Part shown: piece after piece, positions 36,876 to 47,303 of the stretch
How the letters are laid out: every line of letters begins with the position of its first letter
How positions within the stretch are numbered: position 1 is the stretch's first letter
Assembly (NCBI RefSeq): GCF_003205875.1
Contig: NZ_PUBZ01000089.1
Span: forward strand, 1-64,000
Reading direction: 5' to 3'
Length of the DNA: 64,000 nt
Source: Herpetosiphon llansteffanensis
GTDB taxonomy: Bacteria; Chloroflexota; Chloroflexia; Chloroflexales; Herpetosiphonaceae
The notes under the pieces: generated by a model
What the model was told of the DNA's origin: nothing
Seen by the model: the letters and a program-made list of their open reading frames with translations, nothing else
Database searches by the model: none
Program-made: the position numbers and the translations under genes

Positions 36876-37355
36876 GTGAACGAGAAAACAAGTCTCGCGA
36901 ATGTGCGCCAAAACGACGCTGGACGCATCGAGGTACATTCTCGCGCCATTGCTACTGTGGTAGCCGGAGCGGTAGTGCGGTGCTACGGCGTTGTGGGCAT
37001 GGCCCCGCGCAACTTACGCGATAGTGTCGCCCATGTGTTGCGACCAGAAGATCAATATAAAGGTATTGACGTGCAAGTCAGTAGCGAGGCAATTAACATC
37101 GATCTGTTTGTGATCATCGAGTATGGCACACGGATTGCCACGGTTGCCCGTAATATTATGGAAACGGTTCAGTACGCGGTTGTGCATGCACTTGGCGAGG
37201 CCAATATTACGGTCAATGTGCATGTTCAGGGCCTGCGAATTGAGCAAGCAGACAAAGAACCAACAAAAGATGCAACCGAAGGCCAGCCCAGCCGCTGGCG
37301 ACGTTTTGGCGTAATGGGAGGTCTGCGTGGACAGCGCACCGAAGAATCAAATTGA
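36876..37355 (+). CDS. Asp23/Gls24-family (alkaline shock protein-like, DUF322)
   Basis: Asp23-family block IEVHSRAIATVVAGAVVRCYGVVGM...INIDLFVIIEYGTRIATVARNIMETVQYAV. GTG 36876 has a GAGGA RBS; upstream ORF-track sequence (36699-36875) is treated as leader. Confidence 0.7.
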   Translation: MNEKTSLANVRQNDAGRIEVHSRAIATVVAGAVVRCYGVVGMAPRNLRDSVAHVLRPEDQYKGIDVQVSSEAINIDLFVIIEYGTRIATVARNIMETVQYAVVHALGEANITVNVHVQGLRIEQADKEPTKDATEGQPSRWRRFGVMGGLRGQRTEESN

Positions 37356-38964
37356 TGGCACTCGGCTGTTGGCGGTTTTTCGCGCAGCCGCAGCGTGGTT
37401 TAGCCAGAATGTGGCAACTGTCAACGCGCTCAATGTGTTTCCTGTGCCCGATGGCGATACAGGAACCAACATGAACCTTACGCTGACAGCGGCGCTCAAG
37501 GATGTGCAGGATGATGCCTCGGTCGCTGTGGTGGCCGAACGAGTCTATCGCGGGGCTTTGATGGGCGCTCGCGGCAACTCTGGCGTGATTCTTTCGCAAA
37601 TTCTGCGTGGGCTTTCGCAGGGTATGGCAGGCCAGCAGGTTTGCACGCCCGAAATCTTGGTTGCGGCCTTAGAACAAGCCTCAACCACTGCCTACAAAGC
37701 GGTGATCAAGCCAGTCGAAGGCACGATGCTCACGGTTATTCGCGAAACCAGCGAAGCTGCACGGGCAGGCTTTAAGCCAGAGATGAACTGGCACGAAGTG
37801 CTTGATTTAATTGTTAAAGGTGCACGGGTTTCGGTCGATAATACGCCTAACCTGATGAAAATGTTACGCGATGCTGGCGTGGTCGATGCTGGTGGCGAGG
37901 GATTGTATGTGCTCTTCGAGGGCGCGCAGGCATTTGCCCGTGGCGAAAAACTTGAACAACGAGTTGCGCCAGTCGATCAATTGGCCATGGCCTTTGACGA
38001 TATTCATAGCGATGACGATTTTGGCTATTGCACCAACTTTATGATCCAAGGCGAAGACATCCCGTACGAAGATGTCCGACGCACAATTGCCGAAATGGGC
38101 ACGTCGGTGGTTGCTGTTGGCGATGAGCGTTTGGTCAAGGTGCATTTGCACACCTTGCGGCCTGGCGATGCGCTCAATTATGCCGTGCAATGGGGCAGCC
38201 TTGGGGCGATTGAAATTACCAATATGGATAAACAGCGCAGCGATCTGCATGAGGCCAAAGCCCAACAAGCCAGCCAACCAGCGCGGGTTAAACCCGATGA
38301 GCCGGTGAGCGATGTTGGGGTGGTCGCGGTTGCGCCTGGCCAAGGCTTCCGCGAGCTGTTTGAATCGTTAAATGTTGGCGAAGTGGTCACTGGCGGCCAA
38401 ACTATGAATCCATCGATTCAAGATTTGGTGACGGCAATCGAGAAATTGCCTCAGCCAGCGGTCGTGGTTTTGCCAAACAATAGCAATGTGATTTTGGCAG
38501 CGCAACAAGCGCAACAATTAACCAATAAAGTTGTGCATGTGATTCCAACCAAAACTGTGCCGCAAGGCATGGCGGCAATGTTTGCCTTTAATTATGCGGT
38601 TGGCGCTGAGGAAAATGTGCAGGCTATGAGCCGCGCAATTAAAGCTATTACCACGGCGGAAATTACGACTGCTGTGCGCGATGCTACCGTAAATGATGTT
38701 GAAGTGCGCGATGGCCAAACGATTGGCTTGCTCAACGGCGCACTGGTTGAATCTGGCGATCAGCCCGACGACGTGATTGATCGCATCTTAGCCCGGATGG
38801 ATTTGGACGACCATGAGATCGTTACCATCTATTATGGCGAACAATGTTCGGCGGAACAGGCTGAAACACTAGCCCACAAAATCAACGCAACCTACCCTGC
38901 GCTTGATGTTGAGGTGCAAAACGGCGGACAACCATTTTATGATTACATTCTCTCTGCGGAGTGA
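37327..38964 (+). CDS. DAK2-domain fusion protein YloV/FakA-like (fatty-acid kinase ATP-binding subunit-like)
   Basis: Dak2 motif DGDTGTNM, at YloV-family length, with a GTG start overlapping the asp23 end. Confidence 0.8.
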   Translation: MDSAPKNQIDGTRLLAVFRAAAAWFSQNVATVNALNVFPVPDGDTGTNMNLTLTAALKDVQDDASVAVVAERVYRGALMGARGNSGVILSQILRGLSQGMAGQQVCTPEILVAALEQASTTAYKAVIKPVEGTMLTVIRETSEAARAGFKPEMNWHEVLDLIVKGARVSVDNTPNLMKMLRDAGVVDAGGEGLYVLFEGAQAFARGEKLEQRVAPVDQLAMAFDDIHSDDDFGYCTNFMIQGEDIPYEDVRRTIAEMGTSVVAVGDERLVKVHLHTLRPGDALNYAVQWGSLGAIEITNMDKQRSDLHEAKAQQASQPARVKPDEPVSDVGVVAVAPGQGFRELFESLNVGEVVTGGQTMNPSIQDLVTAIEKLPQPAVVVLPNNSNVILAAQQAQQLTNKVVHVIPTKTVPQGMAAMFAFNYAVGAEENVQAMSRAIKAITTAEITTAVRDATVNDVEVRDGQTIGLLNGALVESGDQPDDVIDRILARMDLDDHEIVTIYYGEQCSAEQAETLAHKINATYPALDVEVQNGGQPFYDYILSAE

Positions 38965-39008
38965 TACACAGCCCCGTTTCTGACGGCGCGATGGAGATAT
39001 GTTGGGTT

Positions 39009-39857
39009 ATGGCGCGAGTAAAGATTATTACCGATAGCACTGCTGATATTCCACCAGCCTTGGCACAAGAGCTGAACATCACCGTGATTCCAATTCATGT
39101 GCATTTTGGTGATCAGACGTTGCGAGCTGGAATCGACATTAGCAACGAGCAGTTTTATCGGCGGATGGCCGAGGGTGGGCCGTATCCTTATACGACTGCA
39201 CCAGCACCAGGAGTGTTTGAACAGTATTATCGTCAATTTTCCCGTGAATATGACGGGGTCTTTTCAATTCACTTGTCGAATCGCTTTGGCGGCGTAGTTA
39301 AATCGGCAACGATTGCCCGCGATAAATTGCCAGCCTCGCTGACGCGGGTTGAGGTCATCGATAGCACCTCGACCTCGTTGGGTTTGGGTATGGTAGCAAT
39401 CGCCGCAGCGCGGGCAGCACTCGATGGCGCATCACTTGATGAAGTGCATCGCACTGTGATGCAAACTATTCAATTGACCCACGTGGTGTTTTTTGTCGAT
39501 TCAATTGATTATCTTGAACGTAGCGGGCGTTTATCGCAAGCCTCGGCAATGCTTGGCTCGATGCAACGAATCAAGCCTTTGCTGATTCTTGATGATGGTG
39601 AAATTGTGCCCTACGATCGCACCCGCACGCGAGCCAAAGCAATTGAAGGCTTATTTACCTTTATTGAGGATTTCCCCAAAGTCGAGCAGGTAGCAATTAT
39701 GCACAGCACCACGCCCGATGATGTGGAAAAATTGCTTGAGAAGATCGACCCGATCTATCCTCGCGATCAGGTCATGATTGTGGAATATGGGCCAGCGCTT
39801 GGCGCACATCTTGGGCCAAATGCAATGGGTGTCGTGGTTTACGAAGGTGTCGAGTAA
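39009..39857 (+). CDS. DegV-family fatty-acid-binding protein (FakB-like)
   Basis: N-terminus KIITDSTADIP and the DegV fold blocks. Confidence 0.8.
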   Translation: MARVKIITDSTADIPPALAQELNITVIPIHVHFGDQTLRAGIDISNEQFYRRMAEGGPYPYTTAPAPGVFEQYYRQFSREYDGVFSIHLSNRFGGVVKSATIARDKLPASLTRVEVIDSTSTSLGLGMVAIAAARAALDGASLDEVHRTVMQTIQLTHVVFFVDSIDYLERSGRLSQASAMLGSMQRIKPLLILDDGEIVPYDRTRTRAKAIEGLFTFIEDFPKVEQVAIMHSTTPDDVEKLLEKIDPIYPRDQVMIVEYGPALGAHLGPNAMGVVVYEGVE

Positions 39858-40041
39858 GCCAGCGCCGCCAAGCAACTGCGCAGCAACCAATCAATAAACC
39901 AAAGCAATACCCCACGCAGCGCCATTTTCGGCTATTATACGGCTGCGTGGGGTAGCTATTCCCTTAGCGAGCAGGGTGCTGGCAGTGTCGCCGAACGCCG
40001 CTCGCTACGATTTGGCTAAAATAAAGCCAGAAGGAGGCCAA

Positions 40042-40875
40042 GTGGCGATTATTGTAACCGACAGTACTGCTGATATTCCGCCAGGGTTGGCAGCAGAACA
40101 CGACATTCATGTAATTCCATTAACGGTTAATTTTGATGCAGAATCGTTCTCCGATGGAGTCGAAATTACCCACGATCAATTTTATACCCGCCTCGTTGCC
40201 AGCAACAATTTGCCAACCACGTCGCAGCCCTCAGTTGGGGCCTTCGAGCAACTGTATCGCGCAATTGGCAACGACGAACCAATTATCTCGATTCATATTG
40301 CTGGCAAATTGAGCGGCACGATTCGCTCAGCCCAACAAGCAGCCGAATTATTGCCCGATTTCGATATTCGGGTGATTGATGTTCAAAGCACCACCATGTC
40401 GCAAGGCTGGGCAGCGCTCTTAGCAGCCCGCGCCGCCAAAGAAGGCAAATCGGCTGATGAAATTGAAGCCTTAGTCCATAGCATCGTCGAGCGCACCCGC
40501 TTGCTGGCAGCCTTGGATACCTTGCGCTACCTCGAAAAAGGTGGCCGAATTGGCAAAACCCGCGCATTGCTCGGAACGTTGCTCAACGTCAAGCCGATTA
40601 TCGACGTGCGCGATGGCGAAGTTAAGCCGTTCGAGCAAGTGCGCAGCAAGAAAAAAGCAGTGGCCCGCTTGATCGAAGAAGCGCGCAACATGGCTCCGTT
40701 TGAAGAATTGGCAGTGCTCTATTCGCGCAACGAGGAAGAAGCGCAAGAGTTTGCCCAAAGCCTCAACGAAATTTTCCCCGCCGAACGGATTGTGCTGGCC
40801 GAAATTGGCGCAGTTGTGGGAACCCACATCGGGCCAGGCGCTTTAGGCTTCACTGGCGTACGTAAGAATAAATAG
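40042..40875 (+). CDS. DegV-family fatty-acid-binding protein (FakB-like), second paralog
   Basis: N-terminus VAIIVTDSTADIP. GTG 40042 has an AAGGAGG RBS 5 nt upstream. Confidence 0.8.
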   Translation: MAIIVTDSTADIPPGLAAEHDIHVIPLTVNFDAESFSDGVEITHDQFYTRLVASNNLPTTSQPSVGAFEQLYRAIGNDEPIISIHIAGKLSGTIRSAQQAAELLPDFDIRVIDVQSTTMSQGWAALLAARAAKEGKSADEIEALVHSIVERTRLLAALDTLRYLEKGGRIGKTRALLGTLLNVKPIIDVRDGEVKPFEQVRSKKKAVARLIEEARNMAPFEELAVLYSRNEEEAQEFAQSLNEIFPAERIVLAEIGAVVGTHIGPGALGFTGVRKNK

Positions 40876-41280
40876 GCGATCAGGAATCAGGGGTCAGGGA
40901 TCAGGCTTGAAATGGTGTACCTGATCCCTCATCCTGTGCAATGCAGCTTGAAACCACAAAGAGCACGAAGCTTGAAACCGCAAAGATCGCGAAGGCCCCT
41001 TTTCGCCACAGATTGCCACAGATTGGTGGGATTATGTTCCCAGAGCCAATAGCCATCCTTCACTCTGCGCCGCTGCGTTAAAAACTACAATATTTTTAGC
41101 CACGAATTCCACAAATTGCACGAATAATGTTCCGATAGCCCAAAGCCATTTCCCCTTCGTGCTCTTCGCGTTCTTCGCGGTTAAATTTCATCCTTCATCC
41201 CTCATCCTTCTATCTTGAATTCATCCCTCATTCTTCATCCTTAACAACAGCGACTTAAGTCATAGCTAGTCGTGCTATAA
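40876..41280. repeat. Mosaic intergenic repeat cluster
   Basis: Motifs gatcaggaatcaggggtcagggatcagg, cacaaagagcacgaag, cacagattgccacagattg, tttagccacgaattccacaaattgcacgaataa, cttcgtgctcttcgcgttcttcgcggtt and catccttcatccctcatcc, shared with the other clusters. Confidence 0.8.
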
Positions 41281-41355
41281 TCGTTCTAAATAGCATAACA
41301 AGATTGCTCAATGGTGCGCGACACTCGCATCATTGTTATAGGAGCGCATAGCACC

Positions 41356-42435
41356 ATGGGCTTGTTTGGGAAACGGGCGGATGCGCCAACACAAGAGGCA
41401 GTCTTAGCTGCCCTTGCAACGGTGCAAGAGCCAGAACTCGGCGGCAATTTAGTTGCCCGCAAAATGATCAAAGAACTGACCATTGATGGCGGACGCGTCG
41501 TCGTCTTAGTCGATCTGACCACGCCAGCCTGTCCGTTCAAGGACCAGTTGGCCAACGATGTGCGCGCAGCTTTGGCCCAAGTGCCTGGCGTAAGCGAAAT
41601 CGAGGTCGATTTTACTGCCACTGTGCGTTCATACAATGGGATTCCTGATAAAGCCCGCGTACCCGGCGTGAGCCATATTTTGGCTGTGGCTTCGGGCAAG
41701 GGCGGCGTAGGCAAATCAACAGTTGCGGTTAATCTTGCGGTCGCTTTGGCCCAAGAAGGCGCACGGGTTGGCTTGCTCGATGCAGATATTTATGGGCCAA
41801 GCGCTCCGTTGATGACTGGCGCACGCGGCAAGCCAGGCATTACCGAAAATCAAAAAATTGCCCCGCTCGAAGCGCACGGCATCAAAATCATTTCGGTGGG
41901 CTATTTTGTTGATGATAGCCAACCCTTGGTTTGGCGTGGGCCGATGATTTCATCGATGTTGCGTCAATTTTTGTTCGAGGTCGATTGGGGCCAGCTCGAT
42001 TATTTGGTCGTCGATTTGCCCCCGGGCACTGGCGATATTCAATTAACGTTGGCCCAAGCGATTCCGCTTTCAGGCTCGGTTGTGGTAACGACACCGCAAG
42101 ATGTAGCCCTTGCTGATGCGATTAAAGGCGTTGAGATGTTCCGCAAGTTGAATGTACCCATCTTGGGAATTGTCGAGAACATGAGCTACTTTATCGCGCC
42201 CGACACTGGCAAGCGCTACGACATTTTTGGCCATGGTGGCGCTCGAACCGCCAGCACCAAATTGGGTGTACCCTTCTTAGGCGAGATTCCGTTGGGTATG
42301 TCAATTCGCGAAGGTGGCGACACCGGCCAGCCAGCGGTTACCCAAACAGCCAAAGATGCCTATGCAGAAGCCTTCCGCGATGTTGCGCGCACGCTCGCAG
42401 GCCGCATCAGTATTGAAACCATGGTGGCGGCCTAG
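41356..42435 (+). CDS. Mrp/NBP35 (ApbC) family iron-sulfur cluster carrier ATPase with N-terminal DUF59
   Basis: Deviant Walker A (VASGKGGVGKST), CxxC in the C-terminal half region, and a DUF59 N-terminal domain. Start 41356 versus 41311 is uncertain. Confidence 0.8.
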   Translation: MGLFGKRADAPTQEAVLAALATVQEPELGGNLVARKMIKELTIDGGRVVVLVDLTTPACPFKDQLANDVRAALAQVPGVSEIEVDFTATVRSYNGIPDKARVPGVSHILAVASGKGGVGKSTVAVNLAVALAQEGARVGLLDADIYGPSAPLMTGARGKPGITENQKIAPLEAHGIKIISVGYFVDDSQPLVWRGPMISSMLRQFLFEVDWGQLDYLVVDLPPGTGDIQLTLAQAIPLSGSVVVTTPQDVALADAIKGVEMFRKLNVPILGIVENMSYFIAPDTGKRYDIFGHGGARTASTKLGVPFLGEIPLGMSIREGGDTGQPAVTQTAKDAYAEAFRDVARTLAGRISIETMVAA

Positions 42436-42509
42436 CGCCTTGCCACTGGCAACGCTTCAATGACGCATGGCTACAGCTATGCGTCATTGTTGTCTGAAAG
42501 AGCAAGCCG

Positions 42510-43544
42510 ATGATGCCGATTGAACTACTGGAAAGCCCTCAAACCAGCCAAATTCACGCAACTGCCCCTGCCCACGATGCCCATGGGCGGCGGATTAATT
42601 ACCTGCGCATTTCACTAACCGACCGCTGTAATTTCCGCTGTTTCTACTGTATGCCTGAATGGGGCATGCAATTTGCACCCAAACCAGAATTACTGACCAA
42701 TGACGAATTGATTCGTTTGGTGCGAATTATGGCCCAAACTGGCTTTGAAAAGATTCGCCTAACTGGCGGCGAGCCAACCTTGCGCCGCGATTTGGTTGGG
42801 CTGGTCGAAGCAATTGCCAATATCCCAGGCATTAATGAAGTTTCGATGACCACCAATGCCTTATTACTAGCTCCAATCGCCCAGCAATTGGCCGATGCAG
42901 GCCTCAAGCGAGTCAATATCAGCATCGATTCGCTCAACCCAGAAAACTTCCGCAAAATTACGCGTGGCGGCGATTTGGCCCGCGTTTGGGCTGGGATCGA
43001 AGCAGCAGAACAAGCTGGGTTGACTCCACTCAAACTCAATTGTGTGATTGTGCGCGGCGTAAATGACCAAGAAGTGCTCGATTTGGCCCGCCTGACGATC
43101 GATAAACCATGGCAAATGCGCTTTATCGAGGTGATGCCGTTGGTGGGCGTGGCCGATGTGGCCGATAACGGCGTAGTGCCAAGCAATGAATTAATTGGCC
43201 AAATTGAGGCCAACTTGGGCCTCGATTTCCTTGGCTGGTATGGAGCCGACCCTGCGCGCACCTATCAAATTCCTGGGGCACAAGGCAAAATTGGCTTTAT
43301 TAGCTCGATTAGCGATCCGTTTTGTGCCACCTGCAATCGTATGCGGCTCACAGCCGATGGCAAATTGCACCTGTGTTTGCTGCGCGATAATGAGCTTGAT
43401 CTGCGGTCGGCGCTGCGTAGCCAAAGCAGCGACGAAGAGCTAGCTGCCTTGGTTCGGCATGCAGTTTGGATCAAACCATGGGGCCATGGTTTGCCCGATG
43501 GGGTTAAGCCAACCATACGTGGGATGTCGGAATTAGGCGGGTAA
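42510..43544 (+). CDS. moaA: GTP 3',8-cyclase MoaA (radical SAM)
   Basis: CNFRCFYCMP radical-SAM motif and the C-terminal Cys cluster CATCNRMRLTADGKLHLCL. Confidence 0.9.
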   Translation: MMPIELLESPQTSQIHATAPAHDAHGRRINYLRISLTDRCNFRCFYCMPEWGMQFAPKPELLTNDELIRLVRIMAQTGFEKIRLTGGEPTLRRDLVGLVEAIANIPGINEVSMTTNALLLAPIAQQLADAGLKRVNISIDSLNPENFRKITRGGDLARVWAGIEAAEQAGLTPLKLNCVIVRGVNDQEVLDLARLTIDKPWQMRFIEVMPLVGVADVADNGVVPSNELIGQIEANLGLDFLGWYGADPARTYQIPGAQGKIGFISSISDPFCATCNRMRLTADGKLHLCLLRDNELDLRSALRSQSSDEELAALVRHAVWIKPWGHGLPDGVKPTIRGMSELGG

Positions 43545-43562
43545 TAGTGGAGAAGCAAGCAC

Positions 43563-44018
43563 ATGCCAAACCCATTACGCATCAGCGCCAACGAATTGCT
43601 GAGCAGCGATCAAGCAACGACCTTTGCCTATGTTTGTCGGTTTGAAAATAACCGCGAGTGGTGGCTACCAGTCACCCATACTCAACACATCAGCGGCGCG
43701 GGCGTTGGCGCAATCTACGAGGAACACGCCAAAGTGGCGGGGATTCCGATGAAAATGCAGTTAAAAGTTTATCACTACGAGCCACCAAAACAGATCAAAT
43801 TTACAATTAGCTCGGCGTTAATGCAATCGGATATGGATTATCAGTTTGTGGTTGAGCCAGCAGGCACACGCTTAATCATTAGCACGGCGATTGATTTCAA
43901 GTGGTTTTTGCGGCCATTTGCCCCGCTGATGCGTTCTGCATTAATCAAAGAAGCCAGCCAACATTTGAGCGTGCTCAAGCGCGTGTTGGCCCAAAAAACT
44001 GCGCAAGCGAGCGGTTAA
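43563..44018 (+). CDS. SRPBCC (START/Bet v1-like, polyketide-cyclase-like) family protein
   Basis: ~150 aa with a length and helix-grip pattern typical of the family; a weak call. Confidence 0.4.
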   Translation: MPNPLRISANELLSSDQATTFAYVCRFENNREWWLPVTHTQHISGAGVGAIYEEHAKVAGIPMKMQLKVYHYEPPKQIKFTISSALMQSDMDYQFVVEPAGTRLIISTAIDFKWFLRPFAPLMRSALIKEASQHLSVLKRVLAQKTAQASG

Positions 44019-44132
44019 TAAGCAACTTTTTTGCTTAGGTCACCCAAACTTTATGGTATCCTATACAAAACTTAGACGCTGAGGTCAACGTTGTTGCTCG
44101 GCGTTTTTTGTTGTTGAAAGGATAGTGGCGCA

Positions 44133-44573
44133 ATGGCGCGTACTGATCAAACCACTGAATCGGAAGTTTTAGCAGGTAGTAGCCGGGTTTTACGCTTTGC
44201 CTATTGTGTGCTGGCAATTTCTGCTGGCGCGCGGGCTTTGTTTCAAGTTGCCACCAAATTCAATCAAGCGCCGCTGGCCTATGGCTTAACTACCATCGCC
44301 GCGTTAATTTATGGAATCGCTTTCTTAGGCTTTGGGCGACGCTCACCGCAAGCATGGCGCGTAACCATGGCGGTGTGTGCGGTTGAGCTGTTGGGCGTGA
44401 TTACGGTTGGCATTTTGACCTTAATCGAACGCGATTGGTTTCCAAAAGATACGGTTTGGAGCGATTTTGGCATTGGCTATGGCTTTACGCCATTAATCTT
44501 GCCAATCGCTGGGCTATGGTTATTGCTGCGTCAAGAAACCCGCGAAGCCTATGGCGTTGCCAATAAATCCTGA
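44133..44573 (+). CDS. Integral membrane protein, hypothetical
   Basis: Four hydrophobic helices. Confidence 0.45.
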   Translation: MARTDQTTESEVLAGSSRVLRFAYCVLAISAGARALFQVATKFNQAPLAYGLTTIAALIYGIAFLGFGRRSPQAWRVTMAVCAVELLGVITVGILTLIERDWFPKDTVWSDFGIGYGFTPLILPIAGLWLLLRQETREAYGVANKS

Positions 44574-45358
44574 ACCGCAGCCACAACCGCTGACCACTCG
44601 CGACTCGACGGATCGATTAACTCAAAATGATGAGCGTTTGGTAGCGCTACCAGCCGCACATCATCGCCAGCAGCCAGTGCTTGGGCAACATAGCTTTGGC
44701 TGATGCCAAACGGTACTGGCCCGTCATCGGTGCCATGCAGCACGATTTGGGGCACGCCCAACGGCAATAAGGCAACTGGCGAAGCATCGTGGTAGCGTTC
44801 GGGATAGTCGGCCGGCGAGCCGCCCAATAATTCTTGCACCGCTTGTTGGCTCAAACGACGTTGATCAGCCAAGGCCAAATCGGCAACCCCAGCCAAACTG
44901 ACAACGCCTTGTAATGCTAAAGGTGCTGCTTGCCAAAGCGGGCTGGTTGGGGCAAGTTTCGAGCGTGCAGCCAGCCATAAGGCCAAATGACCACCAGCAG
45001 AATGGCCCAAGCCAATCACACTTTGAGCATCAATGGGATAGGTTTGGGCCAACTGGGGCACAAAATCGGCAGCTTGAGCAACATCAATAAAGGTATTGGG
45101 CCAACCACCGCCATTGCCAACCCGCCGATATTCGATATTCCACGTCGCATAGCCAAGTGCAGTCAGTGCAGCACAAACGTGGCCAATATGCTCAAGATCA
45201 TAGCGAGCGCGCCAAAAACCACCATGGACAACGATGACCACAGGAAATGGCCCACTGCCAGCTGGCAAGCGCAAATCGCCAAATTGCAACGGATCAGCAG
45301 CATACCAAATTCGCTGATCAGCAGGCGGCGCGGCCTGAGCCAAAATCGAATCACTCAT
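44549..45358 (-). CDS. alpha/beta-hydrolase-fold esterase (carboxylesterase/arylformamidase-like)
   Basis: HGGFW oxyanion motif, GHSAGGHLA nucleophile elbow, C-terminal Asp/His. Confidence 0.75.
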   Translation of the reverse strand: MSDSILAQAAPPADQRIWYAADPLQFGDLRLPAGSGPFPVVIVVHGGFWRARYDLEHIGHVCAALTALGYATWNIEYRRVGNGGGWPNTFIDVAQAADFVPQLAQTYPIDAQSVIGLGHSAGGHLALWLAARSKLAPTSPLWQAAPLALQGVVSLAGVADLALADQRRLSQQAVQELLGGSPADYPERYHDASPVALLPLGVPQIVLHGTDDGPVPFGISQSYVAQALAAGDDVRLVALPNAHHFELIDPSSREWSAVVAAVQDLLATP

Positions 45359-45515
45359 CGGCTATTCCTAAATGCTTAAAAAATACATACTTGTTAATAA
45401 AGTTTTAAAGGCGAATAGGACTGTTGGCCTATAGTCAATTAGGGCTTAGCATAGCACGATCTACCCATTATTTCCATTTAACTGCCAAGTTTGCAGTCAC
45501 GGAGGAGTGTCTGGT

Positions 45516-47255
45516 ATGTTCATTCGAAGGATGATGTTTGTTCTGCTCGTTATTTTTAGCTTGAGCACGGTTTCGGCAAAGCCGCTCGAAACGAGCGCAC
45601 CTGAAGCCTCAGTCGTCGCTAGCCCAGCCGCAACCAACGCCTACAACATGCGCGCTGGCTTTCCAGCAACCAAGCCCAATGGCTCCTATTTTTCGTCACC
45701 AACCGTCGTCGATTTGTTCAAAGATGGCTCGCCGGAAATTCTCTCCGCCGATGCAACTGGCTGTATTTGGGGCCATAACATTTATGGTCAAGTGCTGCAT
45801 GGCTTCCCATGGATGACCGGCGGCGCATGCGCCAACACTCCACGGGTGAACGGCTCGTTAGTAGTCGCCGATATTAACCAAGATGGCTTGCTTGAAATTG
45901 TGGTTGGAACGCGCGGCAAAGGCACTGCTGTCGGCCAACGCGGCAAAGTTTTTGTCTATCAACGCAATGGCGCAATCTTGAGCGGCTGGCCCAAAGAGAT
46001 GGATTGGGCTTATATCACTAATGGCAATTTCCCCGAAGTTGTGCACGTTGCAGTTGCCGATATTATTGGCGATGGCAAACTTGAAGTGATTGCAACCACG
46101 ACCAACGAAGCTGGCAACAATACCAATTTCGCGCCAAATGTCTATGCATGGTCGTCGAACGGAACGATCCTCAATGGCTATCCCCGCAGTGCCGACAAAG
46201 GTTCGGGCATTTGGGGCCACCCAGCCTTGGCCGACATCGATAACAACGGCCATTCGGAAATTTTGGTTGGCCGCGATGAAATCTATTTCTATCGCTACAA
46301 TGGTGATGGTAACCAATATCCAGGCTGGCCAATTCGCACCTATACCAACGTCAATCAAACTACTTGGAACACCCACGATTATCTGGAGTTTACCCGCTCT
46401 GGGCCAGCAGTCGCCGACTTAGATGGCGATGGCAGTTACGAGGTTATTGCAGCAGGCAAAGTGCGTACGCCCGATGGTTTACCCGATAACAACTACGACC
46501 CCCAAATTGCTAGCGCGGTGATTGTGACCGAGCCAAACGGCACACGGCGCGCAGGCTGGACTGATGCCAAACGCGCAGGCGCACCGTTGGATGTGAACTT
46601 CACGCCCAATAACCCAATTGTTGTCGCCGATTTGGATGGCGATGGCATCAAAGAATTTGTCGTGACCTTCGATGATGGCACGATTCGCGCCTATCGCGAA
46701 AATGGGGTCCAAATGTGGTCGTTCTTCTATGCCCAAGAGCCGGTTGCTGGTGCACCAACCCGCAAAGTCTTTGGCAGCGAAGTAACGATTGCCGATGTAA
46801 CTGGCGATCGCAAAATCGACATTGTGTTTGGCACCTATTCATTCGATCGAATTTATGCGGGAATTGTGGGTCTGTACGCGCTCGATGCTCGTACCGGAAC
46901 CTTGCACAGCGGTTTTCCATTATCGCTGCCCAATGAAGGCCCATCGAACGATAACAGCGCTGGCTCGCAAAAAGGCATTCAAGCTGCGCCAACCATCGCC
47001 GATATTGACAACAATTGTTATGTTGAGATTTTGGCCCATAGCCGAGCTGGCAATATTTATGTTTGGGAAACCCCAGGCCGTAATTTGCCCGAATTAATGC
47101 CTTGGCCAATGAGCCGCCAAGATTTACAGCGTACCGCGTGGGTCAAAAACCCTGCGCCAGAAGCACCACGCCAACAAGTGTATGCTCCAGAGCAACTGCA
47201 AGGTGGCGATTACAAGGCCTATTTGCCAATTACTCGCACTGGCTGCGATTTCTAA
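45516..47255 (+). CDS. Secreted FG-GAP/VCBS-repeat (integrin-alpha-like beta-propeller) protein
   Basis: Signal peptide (MFIRRMMFVLLVIFSLSTVSA) followed by 7 or more repeats of the ADhDGDGxxEhhhG type (ADINQDGLLEIVVG, ADIIGDGKLEVIATT, ADIDNNGHSEILVG, ADLDGDGSYEVIAAG, ADLDGDGIKEFVVTF, ADVTGDRKIDIVFGT, ADIDNNCYVEILAH). Confidence 0.75.
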   Translation: MFIRRMMFVLLVIFSLSTVSAKPLETSAPEASVVASPAATNAYNMRAGFPATKPNGSYFSSPTVVDLFKDGSPEILSADATGCIWGHNIYGQVLHGFPWMTGGACANTPRVNGSLVVADINQDGLLEIVVGTRGKGTAVGQRGKVFVYQRNGAILSGWPKEMDWAYITNGNFPEVVHVAVADIIGDGKLEVIATTTNEAGNNTNFAPNVYAWSSNGTILNGYPRSADKGSGIWGHPALADIDNNGHSEILVGRDEIYFYRYNGDGNQYPGWPIRTYTNVNQTTWNTHDYLEFTRSGPAVADLDGDGSYEVIAAGKVRTPDGLPDNNYDPQIASAVIVTEPNGTRRAGWTDAKRAGAPLDVNFTPNNPIVVADLDGDGIKEFVVTFDDGTIRAYRENGVQMWSFFYAQEPVAGAPTRKVFGSEVTIADVTGDRKIDIVFGTYSFDRIYAGIVGLYALDARTGTLHSGFPLSLPNEGPSNDNSAGSQKGIQAAPTIADIDNNCYVEILAHSRAGNIYVWETPGRNLPELMPWPMSRQDLQRTAWVKNPAPEAPRQQVYAPEQLQGGDYKAYLPITRTGCDF

Positions 47256-47265
47256 ATTCAGTGCC

Positions 47266-47302
47266 AGCGCAGGGATGGTCGAGCCATCCCTGCGCTTTTT
47301 TA
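47266..47302 (+). terminator. Rho-independent terminator
   Basis: Stem agcgcagggatgg / ccatccctgcgct followed by tttttt. Confidence 0.75.
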
Positions 47303-47303
47303 A

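Noticed and set aside
42440-42509. Moco riboswitch upstream of moaA
   Set aside because: The intergenic spacer is only ~75 nt with a single hairpin, too short for the ~130-nt Moco RNA motif.
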